Translations under genes and position numbers: made by a program
Shown: one piece after another, positions 14,986 to 25,531 of the stretch
How positions within the stretch are numbered: position 1 is the first letter of the stretch
Layout of the letters: each line of letters opens with the position of its first letter
Notes under the pieces: generated by a model
What the model was told of the DNA's origin: nothing
The model's input: the letters and a program-made list of their open reading frames with translations, nothing else
Databases searched by the model: none
Assembly: GCA_039621445.1 (NCBI GenBank)
Contig: CP154954.1
Location: forward strand, 34,321,737-34,385,736
DNA: 64,000 nt
Source: Euglena gracilis
Taxonomy: Eukaryota
Direction of reading: 5' to 3'

Positions 14986-15239
14986 CCCCCCCCCCCCTAG
15001 TCGTACGACCACCCCTCATTTTCGACCACCCCCCGGTCACAGGTTGCAGGTCATGGGGTGTTCTGACCACCCCCCCGGTCACAGGTTGCAGGTTACAAAA
15101 ATTTTAACACCATTTCACCTATGTCCGCCCCCGCATTTACGACCACCCCCGGGTCACAGGTTGCAGGTTATGGGGGTGTTACGACCACCCCCCCGGTCAC
15201 AGGTTGCAGGAACCCGGTCGTACGATTAGGGGGGGGGGG
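14986..15239. mobile_element. MITE with poly-C/poly-G terminal inverted repeats
   Basis: TIRs C(n)TAGTCGTACGACC / GGTCGTACGATTAG(n). Four internal GGTCACAGGTTGCAGG repeats. A second copy lies at 20610-21022. Confidence 0.85.
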
Positions 15240-15249
15240 TACGTCGAAA

Positions 15250-15617
15250 CCCCTCGGGGGGGGCTGGACTGCAGCTAGTCCAATTTTGGCTAGTGGTATT
15301 GCTAGCTAGTGGAATTTTTTTTCCAGTGACCGGCGCAAAGCGCCAGAATTTTTTTGGGACCCCCAAAAATGGCCAAAAATGCCCGTTTTTGGCCATTTTT
15401 GGGATTTTTTTGGAACAAAATCAGCCAAAAACCTATTAAAAACCTCATTTCCACCTCGGCGCGCAATTTTTTTCCAGTTGGGGGGACCCCCGGACTCCCC
15501 CCCCCCCCCCCCCGGGGGGGGGGGGTCTAGCTAGTCCATTTTTTCCAGTGTCCAGCCAATTGGCTAGCCAGCACCCCCCCCCCCCCCCGGCCCCGGGGGT
15601 CCTTGAGCAAAAGCCTG
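15250..15617. mobile_element. Left-truncated hAT-like MITE
   Basis: Ends CCTTGAGCAAAAGCCTG. Shares GCTAG repeats, C/G runs and the central CGGCGCAAAGCGCC with 18110-18579. Left TIR not seen. Confidence 0.55.
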
Positions 15618-15829
15618 GTGCGGGGAGGAAGTGCCGGGGGGTGTGGGTGTGGTGTGACCAAGCGGGTGGGAAGGACACAAGGGAAGGAAGTTAAGTGCGG
15701 GGTGCTTGGCAAGGGACGCGCAGAGGGGAAGAAATAGGGTCCGCAGGGAATGAAGGGGACGGGTGTCTCCCACCCAGCTTATACGCGGGGTCTGCACAAC
15801 CAGTTGTGTGGCAAAGAACCCAGCGGAAG

Positions 15830-16263
15830 AAGCCCAACCCTTGAAGGACAAAATTGTGTTTATTTGTGCAATGCGCGCACCAACCAGGCTTGTGCTTAGT
15901 CGGGTGCCTACCCCACGGGGGGGGGTGGGTGCTAGGGGCAGGCACCCCATAGCACCCGATCCGAACGGGGGGGGGGGGTAGGGTTTTGGGGGTTGACTGC
16001 CCCTAGCAGGCACCCCCCTCCGACCCCGGCGCCGAAGGCGCCGGGGGCCCGGAAAAGGCCATTTTCAATGAAAATTTTCTGGGTCCGGCCCGGACCCCTA
16101 TCCCCCCCCGGGGGGGGTGTGCCTGCTAGGGGCAGGCACCCTATAGCACCCACCACCCCCCCTCCCCCCCCGGTCGGTAAGCACAAGCATGGCACCAACA
16201 TGTTTATGTTTATTTGCACATTTGCGCAAATAAACATAAACATGTCCTTCAAGGATTGGGCTT
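15830..16263. mobile_element. Short TIR element with TTTGCGCAAAT-type motifs, host of the 15885-16191 insertion
   Basis: AAGCCCAACCCTTGAAGGACA ... TGTCCTTCAAGGATTGGGCTT inverted termini. No TSD resolved. Confidence 0.65.
15885..16191. mobile_element. hAT-like MITE
   Basis: TIRs CAGGCTTGTGCTTA / TAAGCACAAGCATG. Perfect 8-bp TSD GCACCAAC (15877-15884, 16192-16199). Confidence 0.92.
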
Positions 16264-16521
16264 TAGTACCCATGAAAAACGGCGTGACAAAGAAGCTGTG
16301 AGTGCGCAGACCAACGGGCCGTCCAGTTGGTGGGTTTGTCACACTGTTTGTTGACGGCGCAGGCTTATGGGCGCAAATGCGCACACAAACACAAATTATG
16401 TTTTTTGCGCGCATTTGCGCAAATGCGCAAACAAACATGTTTTTTGTTTATTTGCGCAAAGGCGCAAATAAACACAAAGAAGAACGTGGTTCATTTGCGC
16501 ATTCACGTTGTTTGTGGGCGC

Positions 16522-17591
16522 CAGGCACCTATGGCCGACCAGGGCCGACCAGGGCCGACCAGGGCCGACCAGGGCCGACTATGATTTTCAGGACCCCCAT
16601 AGGTGGGGGTTCCGACCAGGGCCGACCAGGGCCGACCAGGGCCGACCAGGGCCGACCAGGGCCGACTTGCATGTGATTGGCCGACCGAAGGGGAATGGAT
16701 GAAGGACTTAGGCAGCTTTCCCTCTGAACCAAGCTCCTTTGATGATGCTGGGCGGTGCTGGGCGATGCAGGACGATGCTGGCCCGGCAGCATCGACCGCG
16801 GGTTACCGCGGGTTTCAGGACTGTCATAGGTGGGTTGCCGACCGCAGCCGACCGCAGCCAACCGCAGTCGACCGCAGCCGACCGTGCAACTTTTTTCCTG
16901 ACTGATGTCATTTTTTCAGTGAGAATGAGGAATTTTATCCCAGATTTTGAGATTTTTCTGGCTCGTTTGGCTCATGTTGTCACTTTTGGCTACTTTTGGC
17001 CGCTTTTGGCCACTTTAGGTCGCTTTTGTCCCCTTTTGGCCCATTTGTCACCATAATTCACCAATTTCGACCTATTTTGACAATTTTTTGCCACTTTTTG
17101 CGCACTTGTTGTAATTTTGGGCCATTTTGTCCTGCTCTGGGGCCATTTTTGACCATTTAAAGCCATTTTCGACCTTTTTTTGTTATTTTGCCCATTTTTT
17201 TTGGTCTCTTTTTGGTCCAATGTGACAATTTTTGAGGCATTTTGTGCCAGTATGGTATATTTTGAAAACTCAACCCCATTTTTGGATAATCCCACAAATC
17301 TCCATTTATCCAACCCATTTTTTGGCATTACGGATCATTTTTTTCTAACTGATCCGTACTTTTGCCATTTGTCACTGATTTGGCAAATATTGGGCTAATT
17401 TGGGTCAATGTGAGCATATTTTATGGTATTTTGGCCATTTTATGCCCTTTTGGTAATTTTGGGTCATTTTTCACAATCTTTTTTTCTGTGACGATACCCC
17501 CACCTATGGCCGACTATTTGCCGACCAGGGCCGACCAGGGCCGATCAGGGCCGACCAGAGCACCAAAATGGGAAGTGACCATAGGTGCCTG
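16522..17591. mobile_element. hAT-like non-autonomous element with GCCGACCAGG subterminal repeats
   Basis: TIRs CAGGCACCTATGG / CCATAGGTGCCTG. Perfect 8-bp TSD GTGGGCGC (16514-16521, 17592-17599). 10-bp tandem repeats near both ends. Confidence 0.93.
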
Positions 17592-17865
17592 GTGGGCGCA
17601 AATGCGCAAATAAACTGCATGAAGAAACTGCACAATTTGCATCTGGTTTATTTGCGCATTTGCCCCAAAAAGCAACGTGATGCGCGCAAATGCACAAATG
17701 AACAACCAATGGAGAAGTAAAAATTGGCCACCTAAGACCTGTGCAAAGAACATCAAGCGTGTTGATTTGTGCTCGCCTGCATCGACATGGGTGTTGCGGT
17801 GTTCTGAACCTCACAATTGAAAATTTTCTAAGTCCCCCCAAGCAGAAATGTGTATACCCGATATC

Positions 17866-17930
17866 AATTTTTCCGCAATTTTTCCGCAATTTCCGCAATT
17901 TTTCCGCAATTTTCCCGCAATTTTTCCGAA
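17866..17930. repeat. Short (CCGCAATTTTT)n minisatellite
   Basis: About five to six imperfect ~11-bp units between two CCGATATCAATT copies. Confidence 0.7.
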
Positions 17931-18096
17931 GGCCTCCGATATCAATTCCCCCCCCCCCTGTATTATGGTGCCATTTTTGGACCATTGACAGGTCCCAAAA
18001 AAGATGGAGACAGATGATTTCCTGAAGGTGGGTGCGCAGCCACCCAGTAATGGTACATCTCCACCGGCACCAATTTTTGGGTCCCAAGGGCCCTAC

Positions 18097-18963
18097 CAGG
18101 GTTTGATATCATACATCTCTCTAAGGTTTTGCGAACCCCCCCGGGGGGGGGGGCGGCTGCAGCCAGCCCCGATTTGGGCCCAGCCCAGCCGCAGGAGCCC
18201 CCCCCCCCCCCCCCCGGGGGGTGCTGCTAGCCCAGCTAGCCAGCCCCTTTTTGGGGGGTCCAGCACAAAATTTTTCGGCGCAAAGCGCCGAAATTTTTTG
18301 AAAAATTGTCTTCAAAAGTGGGCAAAAATGGGGTTTGGGGGGCGTTTGGGGCATTTTTTGGGGGTTTCAGATGCATCATTTTTTCAAAACTGTGTTCTGC
18401 AGGTCATTTTTGGGCATTTTTCCAATTTCAGTCCAGCTCGCCCCGGTTCGGGTCCAGCCGGGGCCTAGCCCCCCCCCCCCGGGGGGGGGGGGGGCGGGCT
18501 AGCCAGCCCAAATTTCTAGCCAGCCCAAATTTCTAGCCCTTGCCCAGCACCCCCCCCGGGGTCCTTAAAGAGATGTATGTTTGATATAAGGAGGGCGTAC
18601 ATGGTTTAGGTGGGGGGTGTCCCCCCCACACCCCCCCCCTCCTGGCCCGCAGGGGGGGCCGGATCCCCCCCACACCTGCCAGGGGGGTCCGGACCGACCC
18701 TCGGGGGGGGGGGGTTCCCGGGACCCCCCCAAAAGGGTCATTTTTTTCCTGCGGCGCTTTGCGCCGAAAATTTTTTGCATTTTGGCACATTTTTGCCCAA
18801 AAAGTGCCCAAAATGGCACTTTTGGTCGTTTTGGGGGGTCAAAAATTTTCGGTAACCCAGACCGCGCAACTGTTTAGGTGGGGGGGTGCCCCCCCCCCCC
18901 CCCCCCCCTCCTGGCCCGCAGGGGGGTCCGGACCCCCCCCACCTGTCCTTATATCGAACCCTG
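18097..18963. mobile_element. hAT-like MITE (outer), left TIR interrupted by a nested MITE
   Basis: Reconstructed TIR CAGGGTTTGATATAAGGA / TCCTTATATCGAACCCTG. TSD GGCCCTAC / GGCCCTGC (7 of 8 match). Confidence 0.85.
18110..18579. mobile_element. hAT-like MITE (inner)
   Basis: TIRs CATACATCTCTCTAAGG / CCTTAAAGAGATGTATG. Perfect 8-bp TSD TTTGATAT (18102-18109, 18580-18587). Confidence 0.92.
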
Positions 18964-19694
18964 GGCCCTGCCACTGGCCCGCGACCTCGGCTCCGCTTCT
19001 GCAGCCACATCAGCTGCTAATACTTCAGCACCCACCAGACCGGCATCGATCTTCCCGGTGCAACAACACCCAGCTTTAGCGGCCACGTTATTCCCCGCAG
19101 TCGGGGTGTGAGACTGGGGGGACAATGTGGTGCCAGTCCATGGCAACCAGCAGCCGGAGAAAGGTGGCCCTCAAACACCCATTGCTTTGGGTGTAAGGAA
19201 GTCTTGAACCTTCACCACTCGATTGGTCGCATCAAAGCTGTGCGACTCATACCCCCCAAATTATGCACAAAAACTGGTGTGTTTTACATTTTTCAAGGGA
19301 AAAATGGTGGAGAATAACCATAAAACGGATTACGGCCCGACACGTCCCAGGTGTTTCAGGTGCCAAATATTGACTTCTTGTAACGTAGTCCTGTTGCAGA
19401 AAAGGTGTCGAACAGTCACAGGTCGTTTGCATGTCATCATTTCATTACGTTTAACTGCCAAACGGATGACGCCAAAACAACAGGCCGTTCGGGCCAGGGA
19501 ACAGCAGTGCAAATGTACACACGTAAGGCCGGCAAATTTTGGCCAGTGAGATGCCATGTTCCAGTGAACATTACACACTACCTCTCACCACAAATTTCAT
19601 CACCACGTAATCGTGGTGCAACTCAATGGTTGGCGTAAGGAATTGCGTTCGCCAGCTTTCACAGACGAGGAGATGGTATCTCACAACCGATGTT

Positions 19695-20250
19695 TTGTTC
19701 ATTTGCGCAAATAAACAAACTTTGTTTGTGTGCGTTAAGGCTCGCTGAAACACATCACTTTGAAGCGGTTTATTAAATATTTGTTTGCGCATTTGCACAA
19801 ATGCGCGCACAAACGTTTATTTGCGCAATTGCGCGCACCAACACGCCCGTCACGTTTTAAAACCTCGTAGTGTCATGGTCCTCTTTGGTGTCTTTTAACA
19901 TGGAAAATAAAAATACATGTTTATTTGCGCATTTGCGCAAATAAACATAATTTTATTTGTGCGCGCATTTGCGCAAATGCGCCCGCAAAAAAATTTGTTT
20001 ATGGGCGCATTTGCGCAAATAAAACACAAAACATTGAAAATAAAAATACATGTTTATTTGCGCATTTGCGCAAATAAACATAATTTTATTTGTGCGCGCA
20101 TTTACGCAAATGCGCCCGCAAATAAAATTTGTTTATGGGCGCATTTGCGCCCACAAACATGTATTTTTATTTTCAATGTTTTGCGTTTTATTTGCGCAAA
20201 TGCGCCCATAAACATAATTTTTTTTATTTGCGCAATTGCGCCCACAAACA
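19695..20250. repeat. Array of palindromic ATTTGCGCAAAT motifs with a ~130-bp direct repeat and an inverted copy
   Basis: AAAATAAAAATACATGTTTATTTGCGCATTTGCGCAAATAAACAT at ~19904 and ~20037. Inverted partial copy at ~20155-20230. Confidence 0.8.
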
Positions 20251-20609
20251 CACATCAGTTGTGTGACGGCTGGGGAACGTAGTCTGTGGTGTGTGATGTA
20301 ATGAGGCTTCGTGTGTTCTTACCGGCGGCGGCAGTGTCCAAGCCAGTTCAGCCAGGACTTCATCACCATTTCTAAGTGTCGTAACAAGGGGTGTGTGCCT
20401 CTCTCCTGTTTGATGTACAAGAGCACCAATCTCACCCTCCGCCCTCTCTGCGTCACACGGTAAGTAACATGCGTACCAAACCACCGGGAGTTACATCCCC
20501 TCAAGAATGGGGTGTAACAGTTCATATCTGTGTCAAGGTACAGGGTCCAGGAATTTCGTAAAATTTACGTATTTGCGCAAATGCGCAAATTCTAAAGGAA
20601 AAACCCTTA

Positions 20610-21022
20610 CCCCCCCCCCCCCCTAGTCGTACGACCACCCCTCATTTATGACCACCCCCCGGTCACAGGTTGCAGGTCATGGGGGTGTTATGACCACCCC
20701 CCCCCGGTCACAGGTTGCAGGTTGCGAAAAAAATTTAACCCCCAAAATAAGTCCCCCCACTGGCCGGTCCGTGCAAAAATCCATGAAATGGACCCCCCAA
20801 AATATACTTCCCCCTGCCGGCGCGAAGCGCCGGATTTTTGAAAAATGGGACATTTTGGGGGGGTAAAAAATGCCATTTTGGGACACTTTTCACACGCTTC
20901 TACGACCACCCCCTCATCTATGACCACCCCCCGGTCACAGGTTGCAGGTCATGGGGGTGTTATGACCACCCCCCCCGGTCACAGGTTGCAGGAACCCGGT
21001 CATACGACTAGGGGGGGGGGGG
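20610..21022. mobile_element. MITE, same family as 14986-15239, with TA TSD
   Basis: TIRs C(n)TAGTCGTACGACC / GGTCATACGACTAG(n). TA at 20608-20609 and 21023-21024. Confidence 0.88.
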
Positions 21023-21302
21023 TAAGTGCGAATCCGGCCGCCTAAGTTATGTCGCCAGGCATTTCCTTTGATTTTGCTTCAGTTCTGAGAAATTTTGGAA
21101 AAATCAATCTCCCCCCAAACAACCCGAAAACACCCAAAATGGCCAATTTGGCCTACAAAAAAAAACAACCAGAATTCGGGTCAGGTGTGTCGGCTGCCAA
21201 AAGGGTGCACGGGGGGATGCACTTCCAGGATGGTTTGGTTTGTGTCTCAAAGTGCATATTTTTCATTGCTGGATTTCAAGTGACCTCAACTGTTTTTTGC
21301 AG

Positions 21303-21380
21303 GTGGCATGATGCCCCCACCTGGAATGCCACCTCCACCAGGAATGCCCAATATGGGCATGATGGGTCGCGGAATGCCAG
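21303..21380 (+). CDS. Internal exon of a Pro/Gly/Met-rich protein (SmB/snRNP-tail-like)
   Basis: TTTTTTGCAG acceptor and GT donor at 21381. Encodes (G)GMMPPPGMPPPPGMPNMGMMGRGMP(G). Phase 1 at both ends. Confidence 0.7.
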
Positions 21381-22748
21381 GTGTTTGACTTGCACACTGC
21401 ACGGCTAGAACCGGGGGGTTTCCTGAGTGGAAAAGGATATCCCCCGCTGGTGTGCCTCAAGGTGGAAATGAGGGTTTAATGTTATTTTTGGCTGATTTTG
21501 TTCCAACGGCCGAAACCGGGTATTTTTGGACATTTTTGGAGGACCAAATTTTTTCCCGGCGCTTGCCAATTTTTTTCTTTGCGCTGGCCACTGGAAAAAA
21601 ATTCCATTAGCCCTGGTCCCCCAAAATAAGGGGATATGGATTGGCATTCATCAAGTTTCCCCATCTGTCCCAGACGCAACGTGCCTTCGCAAGCATTTAT
21701 TTTTGGAACGTTGTCAAAACTTGCCAAAATTCTTTAAATTATCGGGACATTTTGGTTTTGTTTATCCAGTTATAGGTCATTAATCAATTCTTGTTTTTTG
21801 TGTAATCAGCAGTTTTTTTTGGCACATTTTTTCGGTTTCATGTTTTGCTACTCTGTTTGAATCTGAGTCAAGCCCAGTTCCAGCCATAAGCTTTTTTTGC
21901 GCTGAAAATTTTTAAAAAAATGCCCCAAAATGACCAAGGATGAGAATGGGCTTTGGGTTTTTGGGCGATTTTTTTTGGGTTGTCAGATGCTCATTTCTTT
22001 TCAACACAGTGTTTTGCGGGTCATTTTTTGTGCAGTTGTCCGATTTTGGCACCCTGGCCCGGGGGGGGGGCAAGCATTGCGTAAAAACCAGCGACCGACA
22101 CGCAAACTGTTTGTGTCAAGGGAATTTTATTCACTTTTTTTGTTGTTCATGTCGAACCATAGAATCAGTCATATACCCTCACCCCCCCCCCCCCCCGGGC
22201 CAGTGGCCACCCTCCAGGCACCGTGAGACCCCAAAATGGCCACTCTGAGGGTGGGGACACTTGGGGGGGGGGGTCAAAATCAGCACCGAAGGAAAATCTC
22301 CACTTTGCGGAGGGAGTAATCACAAAATTTGCCAAATTTTTTAGTCACTTTGGGGGGGGGTGAGGGTAGTCACTGCCCTCAGACAGAGTTTTGGAGGAAA
22401 ATCCTACAAGCAATGGCTGCATTGTGTGGAACCGGAAGAAGAGGCTACTTTTTCTGTTTTTTTGGGAGATTCCCTCCTGGTTGGGATTTGAGTGGCTGCT
22501 TTGCCTTTTTTGAAAGTGGAAGGCGACCATTGAGGGGTGGGGGATGATTTGCCCCCCATCAACCTTCTTGTGGGCTCAATCTCAATAGTTTTGGTGGTTG
22601 CTTTTCTGAACAGTCAAAAAAAAGTCGGAACCCTTTGATGAAGATGCCCTAAAACATATTTTTGAGGAGCATTTTGGTGGAGACAATGGTGGAGTTTTGC
22701 ATTCTGAATCAAGCTCCCTCGCGCTCCCCCCTCTCTCCTTATCGACAG

Positions 22749-22855
22749 GAAAAGGGATGCCTCCTCCGCCGGGGATGCCGGGGATGCCACCGCCTGGAAT
22801 GGCAGGGATGCCTGGCCTACCACCGGGCATGCCACCACCTCCAGGGCGGCGTTGA
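22749..22855 (+). CDS. Terminal exon of the same Pro/Gly/Met-rich protein
   Basis: Pyrimidine tract and CAG acceptor. Phase matches the upstream exon. Encodes (G)KGMPPPPGMPGMPPPGMAGMPGLPPGMPPPPGRR*. Confidence 0.72.
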
Positions 22856-23189
22856 CACACTCCCGTTGGATTTTTTGACTTTGTGCTGCAGCACCGGCTG
22901 CGCGTGCAATCATTTCTCAATCAACTGTGGATCTGCACCTGTCTCTTTGGCCCAGAAAACTTTGCTGCATTTGCCGCATTTGGGGTTTTGCTTATGCTGG
23001 CGTTTGAATCAGCCACCTTCCAATGTTTCCCTAACTGCCTGATTTGGGGGGGGGGTTGACGCAAACCCACTGAAAACATCAATAAAATGGCAACAAGACT
23101 GGAAACTGTGGAAAAAATGAAAAGAAATTTTTTTTGGTCTTCCCCAACAATGCTGTCTTCCTCCGAAGGGAAAGAGGAGGGCCCGGCGC

Positions 23190-23436
23190 GCTCCGGCGAC
23201 AACAGGCATTTCGCAGCAACGTCTGGCTCAGCGCGCCAAAATCGACAAAGAAAACCGCCGGCGGTCAAGGCTATGGCCGCACAAGGGCAGAGTGTGGAGC
23301 CCGAGGTTTCCGGTATCACCAAATTCGGCACTGAGCAGGGACTCCTAACCGAGCGCGAAAATACAACGCAGACAAACAACACTGCCGGCGAACGACGCAT
23401 GGCATCGCAGCGGCAAGGTTTGGACCTCAAGGTCTC
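23190..23436 (-). mobile_element. Two diverged remnants of DIRS left termini
   Basis: ...AAACCGCCGGCGGTCAAGGCTATGGCCGCACAAGGGCAGAGTGTGGAGCCCGAGGTTTC and ...CTCCTAACCGAGCGC...GCCGGCGAAC...AAGGTCTC resemble the reverse complement of 23531-23640. Confidence 0.65.
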
Positions 23437-23650
23437 GCTGCTCTTTTTTAGGACCATAGTCCTTTTGCGACAGCCCTTCGCTTGGGACAAAAGACTCTGG
23501 CAGCCACCCATTCCACTCTACAGACAAAATGACACCTCGGGCTCCGCACTTTGCCATTGTGAGGCCATGCCTTGCTCGCCGGCGGTTTGTTGTGTGATTG
23601 TTCGCTGCGCTGGGTTAGGGGGCCCCGCTTAGTGCCTTTTTTCGCCGGAG

Positions 23651-25531
23651 TTGGCTGATTCCAAAATTGCCCTTCGACACCCAGAAGAAAGGAAAAGAGT
23701 TCACGAACGAAGAAGAACCAAGAAAAGAAGTCAATATCAATTCAATATACAGAAGTACACGAACCAGACGAATATCAAATCAAAAGTCAATTATCAAATT
23801 TCGAATTTGACTTCAATGAACAATGCAGTTGAGAAGAAATTGGAATTTCACGCCCGCGGACGTCCTGGTGCAGATGCCGCAGCAGCTGGAGAACTTGGAG
23901 ATGCGGTCATCACGTGGCAAACCGTGGCCGTTCTTCCCACCCAGCCCCCCACCCCAGAAATTTCCCAGCCCAAAACCCCCCCAGTGACGGCCACGGTCCT
24001 TGGACCACAGTGGCCAGAAGGCCCAGAAGACAGAAGCCAGCACCAGCCCTTTGTGGGCAAAGAATGGGCCATGGGGGCCCAAAATGCTTCAAATGCAAAA
24101 TGCTTGGCCAATCAAAGCCCACACATCAGGGGCATCTCCCCCAAAGGCGCCCAGCAGCCTGGGCACAAATTGGTCAGAAGATGGGGAGATGGAATCAAGG
24201 CCAAGGAGGTCAACACCACAGGGGCCATGGGGGCCAGTTTTTCAAGCAAATCCCCTCAGGAAGGGGCAGAAAAGGTCTGTCCAACCCCCCCAATTCATCT
24301 ATCACAACAGCCCCTCTCAAGGGGACAAGGGGGGGCCACAGCAGCCCCCCCAGATTTCCAATGGGGTTGGAGGCCAAGAAGAAATCAAGGCCTGGAAGAC
24401 CACAAGATGGATTATGGAAAAAAATTTATACATGGAAACCTTGGAGACCAGCAGGGTGGACCCACAGTGGCCACCAAGAAGCTAAAGCACCAGCAGGGTG
24501 GACCCACAGTGGCCACCAAGAAGCTAAGGCAGCTGCTGGAGAAATCCCCCGAGGGACCCACAGAGGCCCTCTGCCAAAAATGGGGGAAAAAGGGACCCAC
24601 AGTGGCCCTTTCATTGACCCAGCCCCAGGAGGAAAAGGGACCCACAGTGGCCCTTATGGAGGGAGGGGCAGGAACCCCTCCAACAATTATTCCTCAATTC
24701 CCAATGATTCAATCAAGGGGGGGACCCACAGAGGCCCCCCTATGGTATGTGAACCAACCACATCAACCTGGAGAAGACCAGATAGGCCAAACAGGGGCAT
24801 TAAGCCCTATGGTATGTCTTCCAACAACAAGATCATCCAGAGAGGTGAGCAGAGAGGGAGAGAGTGCATGCACATCCCCCCAGAAAAAATTTCTTTTTTC
24901 CAAGGGCCCAAGCCCTAGGGGACCTAGGGGTGCAATGTCCAACACCCCCAACCCAGCCCCCCCAGAGTCATCTTATCCAGAAAATATATTCAATGGGGGA
25001 AAGAGGGGGAGACACCCCCCTCCATCAAAGGTTGCAAAAAAGCCTAAAATGTCCAACACCCCCAGCCCAGCCCCCCCAAAATCATCTGATCCAAGAAATA
25101 AATTCCATGGAGGAAAAATGGGGAGACACCCCCCTCCAAAGGCTGCAAAACAGCCTAAAATGGTGGACAAAAAATGCCCCCCCCCCCCAACAACGTGTCA
25201 ACTCATCAGGGATGGCATTCAACCCCCCTGGCTCAGCCCACCAAAATTGTCCACCCACCCAAAACCCAGAGCCAACCTGGACCTGAACCAGGCAGAAAAA
25301 ATCCTGTTGGATTACGAAAAAACTGGGTCAATAAAACGAGTTTGGGAATCAGAAACCCAGCATTTAATCCCATGGTTTCTAATTTCGAAACCAGAAGGGG
25401 GAACAACCAAATGGAGAATGATCAGCGACTGCAGAGAATTAAATCAGCAGTTTCAAGTGAAACCTTTCAAGCTGGATCACATCCAGCACATTTTTCCAGT
25501 TTGGAAAAGGGCCACTGGGCAGCCAGAATAG
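23651..25531 (+). CDS. DIRS ORF1 (gag-like, repetitive) running into the RT N-terminus
   Basis: Low-complexity ORF with GPT(V/E)A repeats. C-terminal PWFLISKPEGGTTKWRMISDCRELN is RT-like. An overlapping frame 23914-24918 has a CxxC motif. Confidence 0.7.
   Translation: MADSKIALRHPEERKRVHERRRTKKRSQYQFNIQKYTNQTNIKSKVNYQISNLTSMNNAVEKKLEFHARGRPGADAAAAGELGDAVITWQTVAVLPTQPPTPEISQPKTPPVTATVLGPQWPEGPEDRSQHQPFVGKEWAMGAQNASNAKCLANQSPHIRGISPKGAQQPGHKLVRRWGDGIKAKEVNTTGAMGASFSSKSPQEGAEKVCPTPPIHLSQQPLSRGQGGATAAPPDFQWGWRPRRNQGLEDHKMDYGKKFIHGNLGDQQGGPTVATKKLKHQQGGPTVATKKLRQLLEKSPEGPTEALCQKWGKKGPTVALSLTQPQEEKGPTVALMEGGAGTPPTIIPQFPMIQSRGGPTEAPLWYVNQPHQPGEDQIGQTGALSPMVCLPTTRSSREVSREGESACTSPQKKFLFSKGPSPRGPRGAMSNTPNPAPPESSYPENIFNGGKRGRHPPPSKVAKKPKMSNTPSPAPPKSSDPRNKFHGGKMGRHPPPKAAKQPKMVDKKCPPPPTTCQLIRDGIQPPWLSPPKLSTHPKPRANLDLNQAEKILLDYEKTGSIKRVWESETQHLIPWFLISKPEGGTTKWRMISDCRELNQQFQVKPFKLDHIQHIFPVWKRATGQPE

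Noticed and set aside
21170-21232. Possible further SmB-like exon (VRCVGCQ resembling VRGVGGP)
   Set aside because: Needs three substitutions and the splice phase does not match the next exon. Too weak to call.
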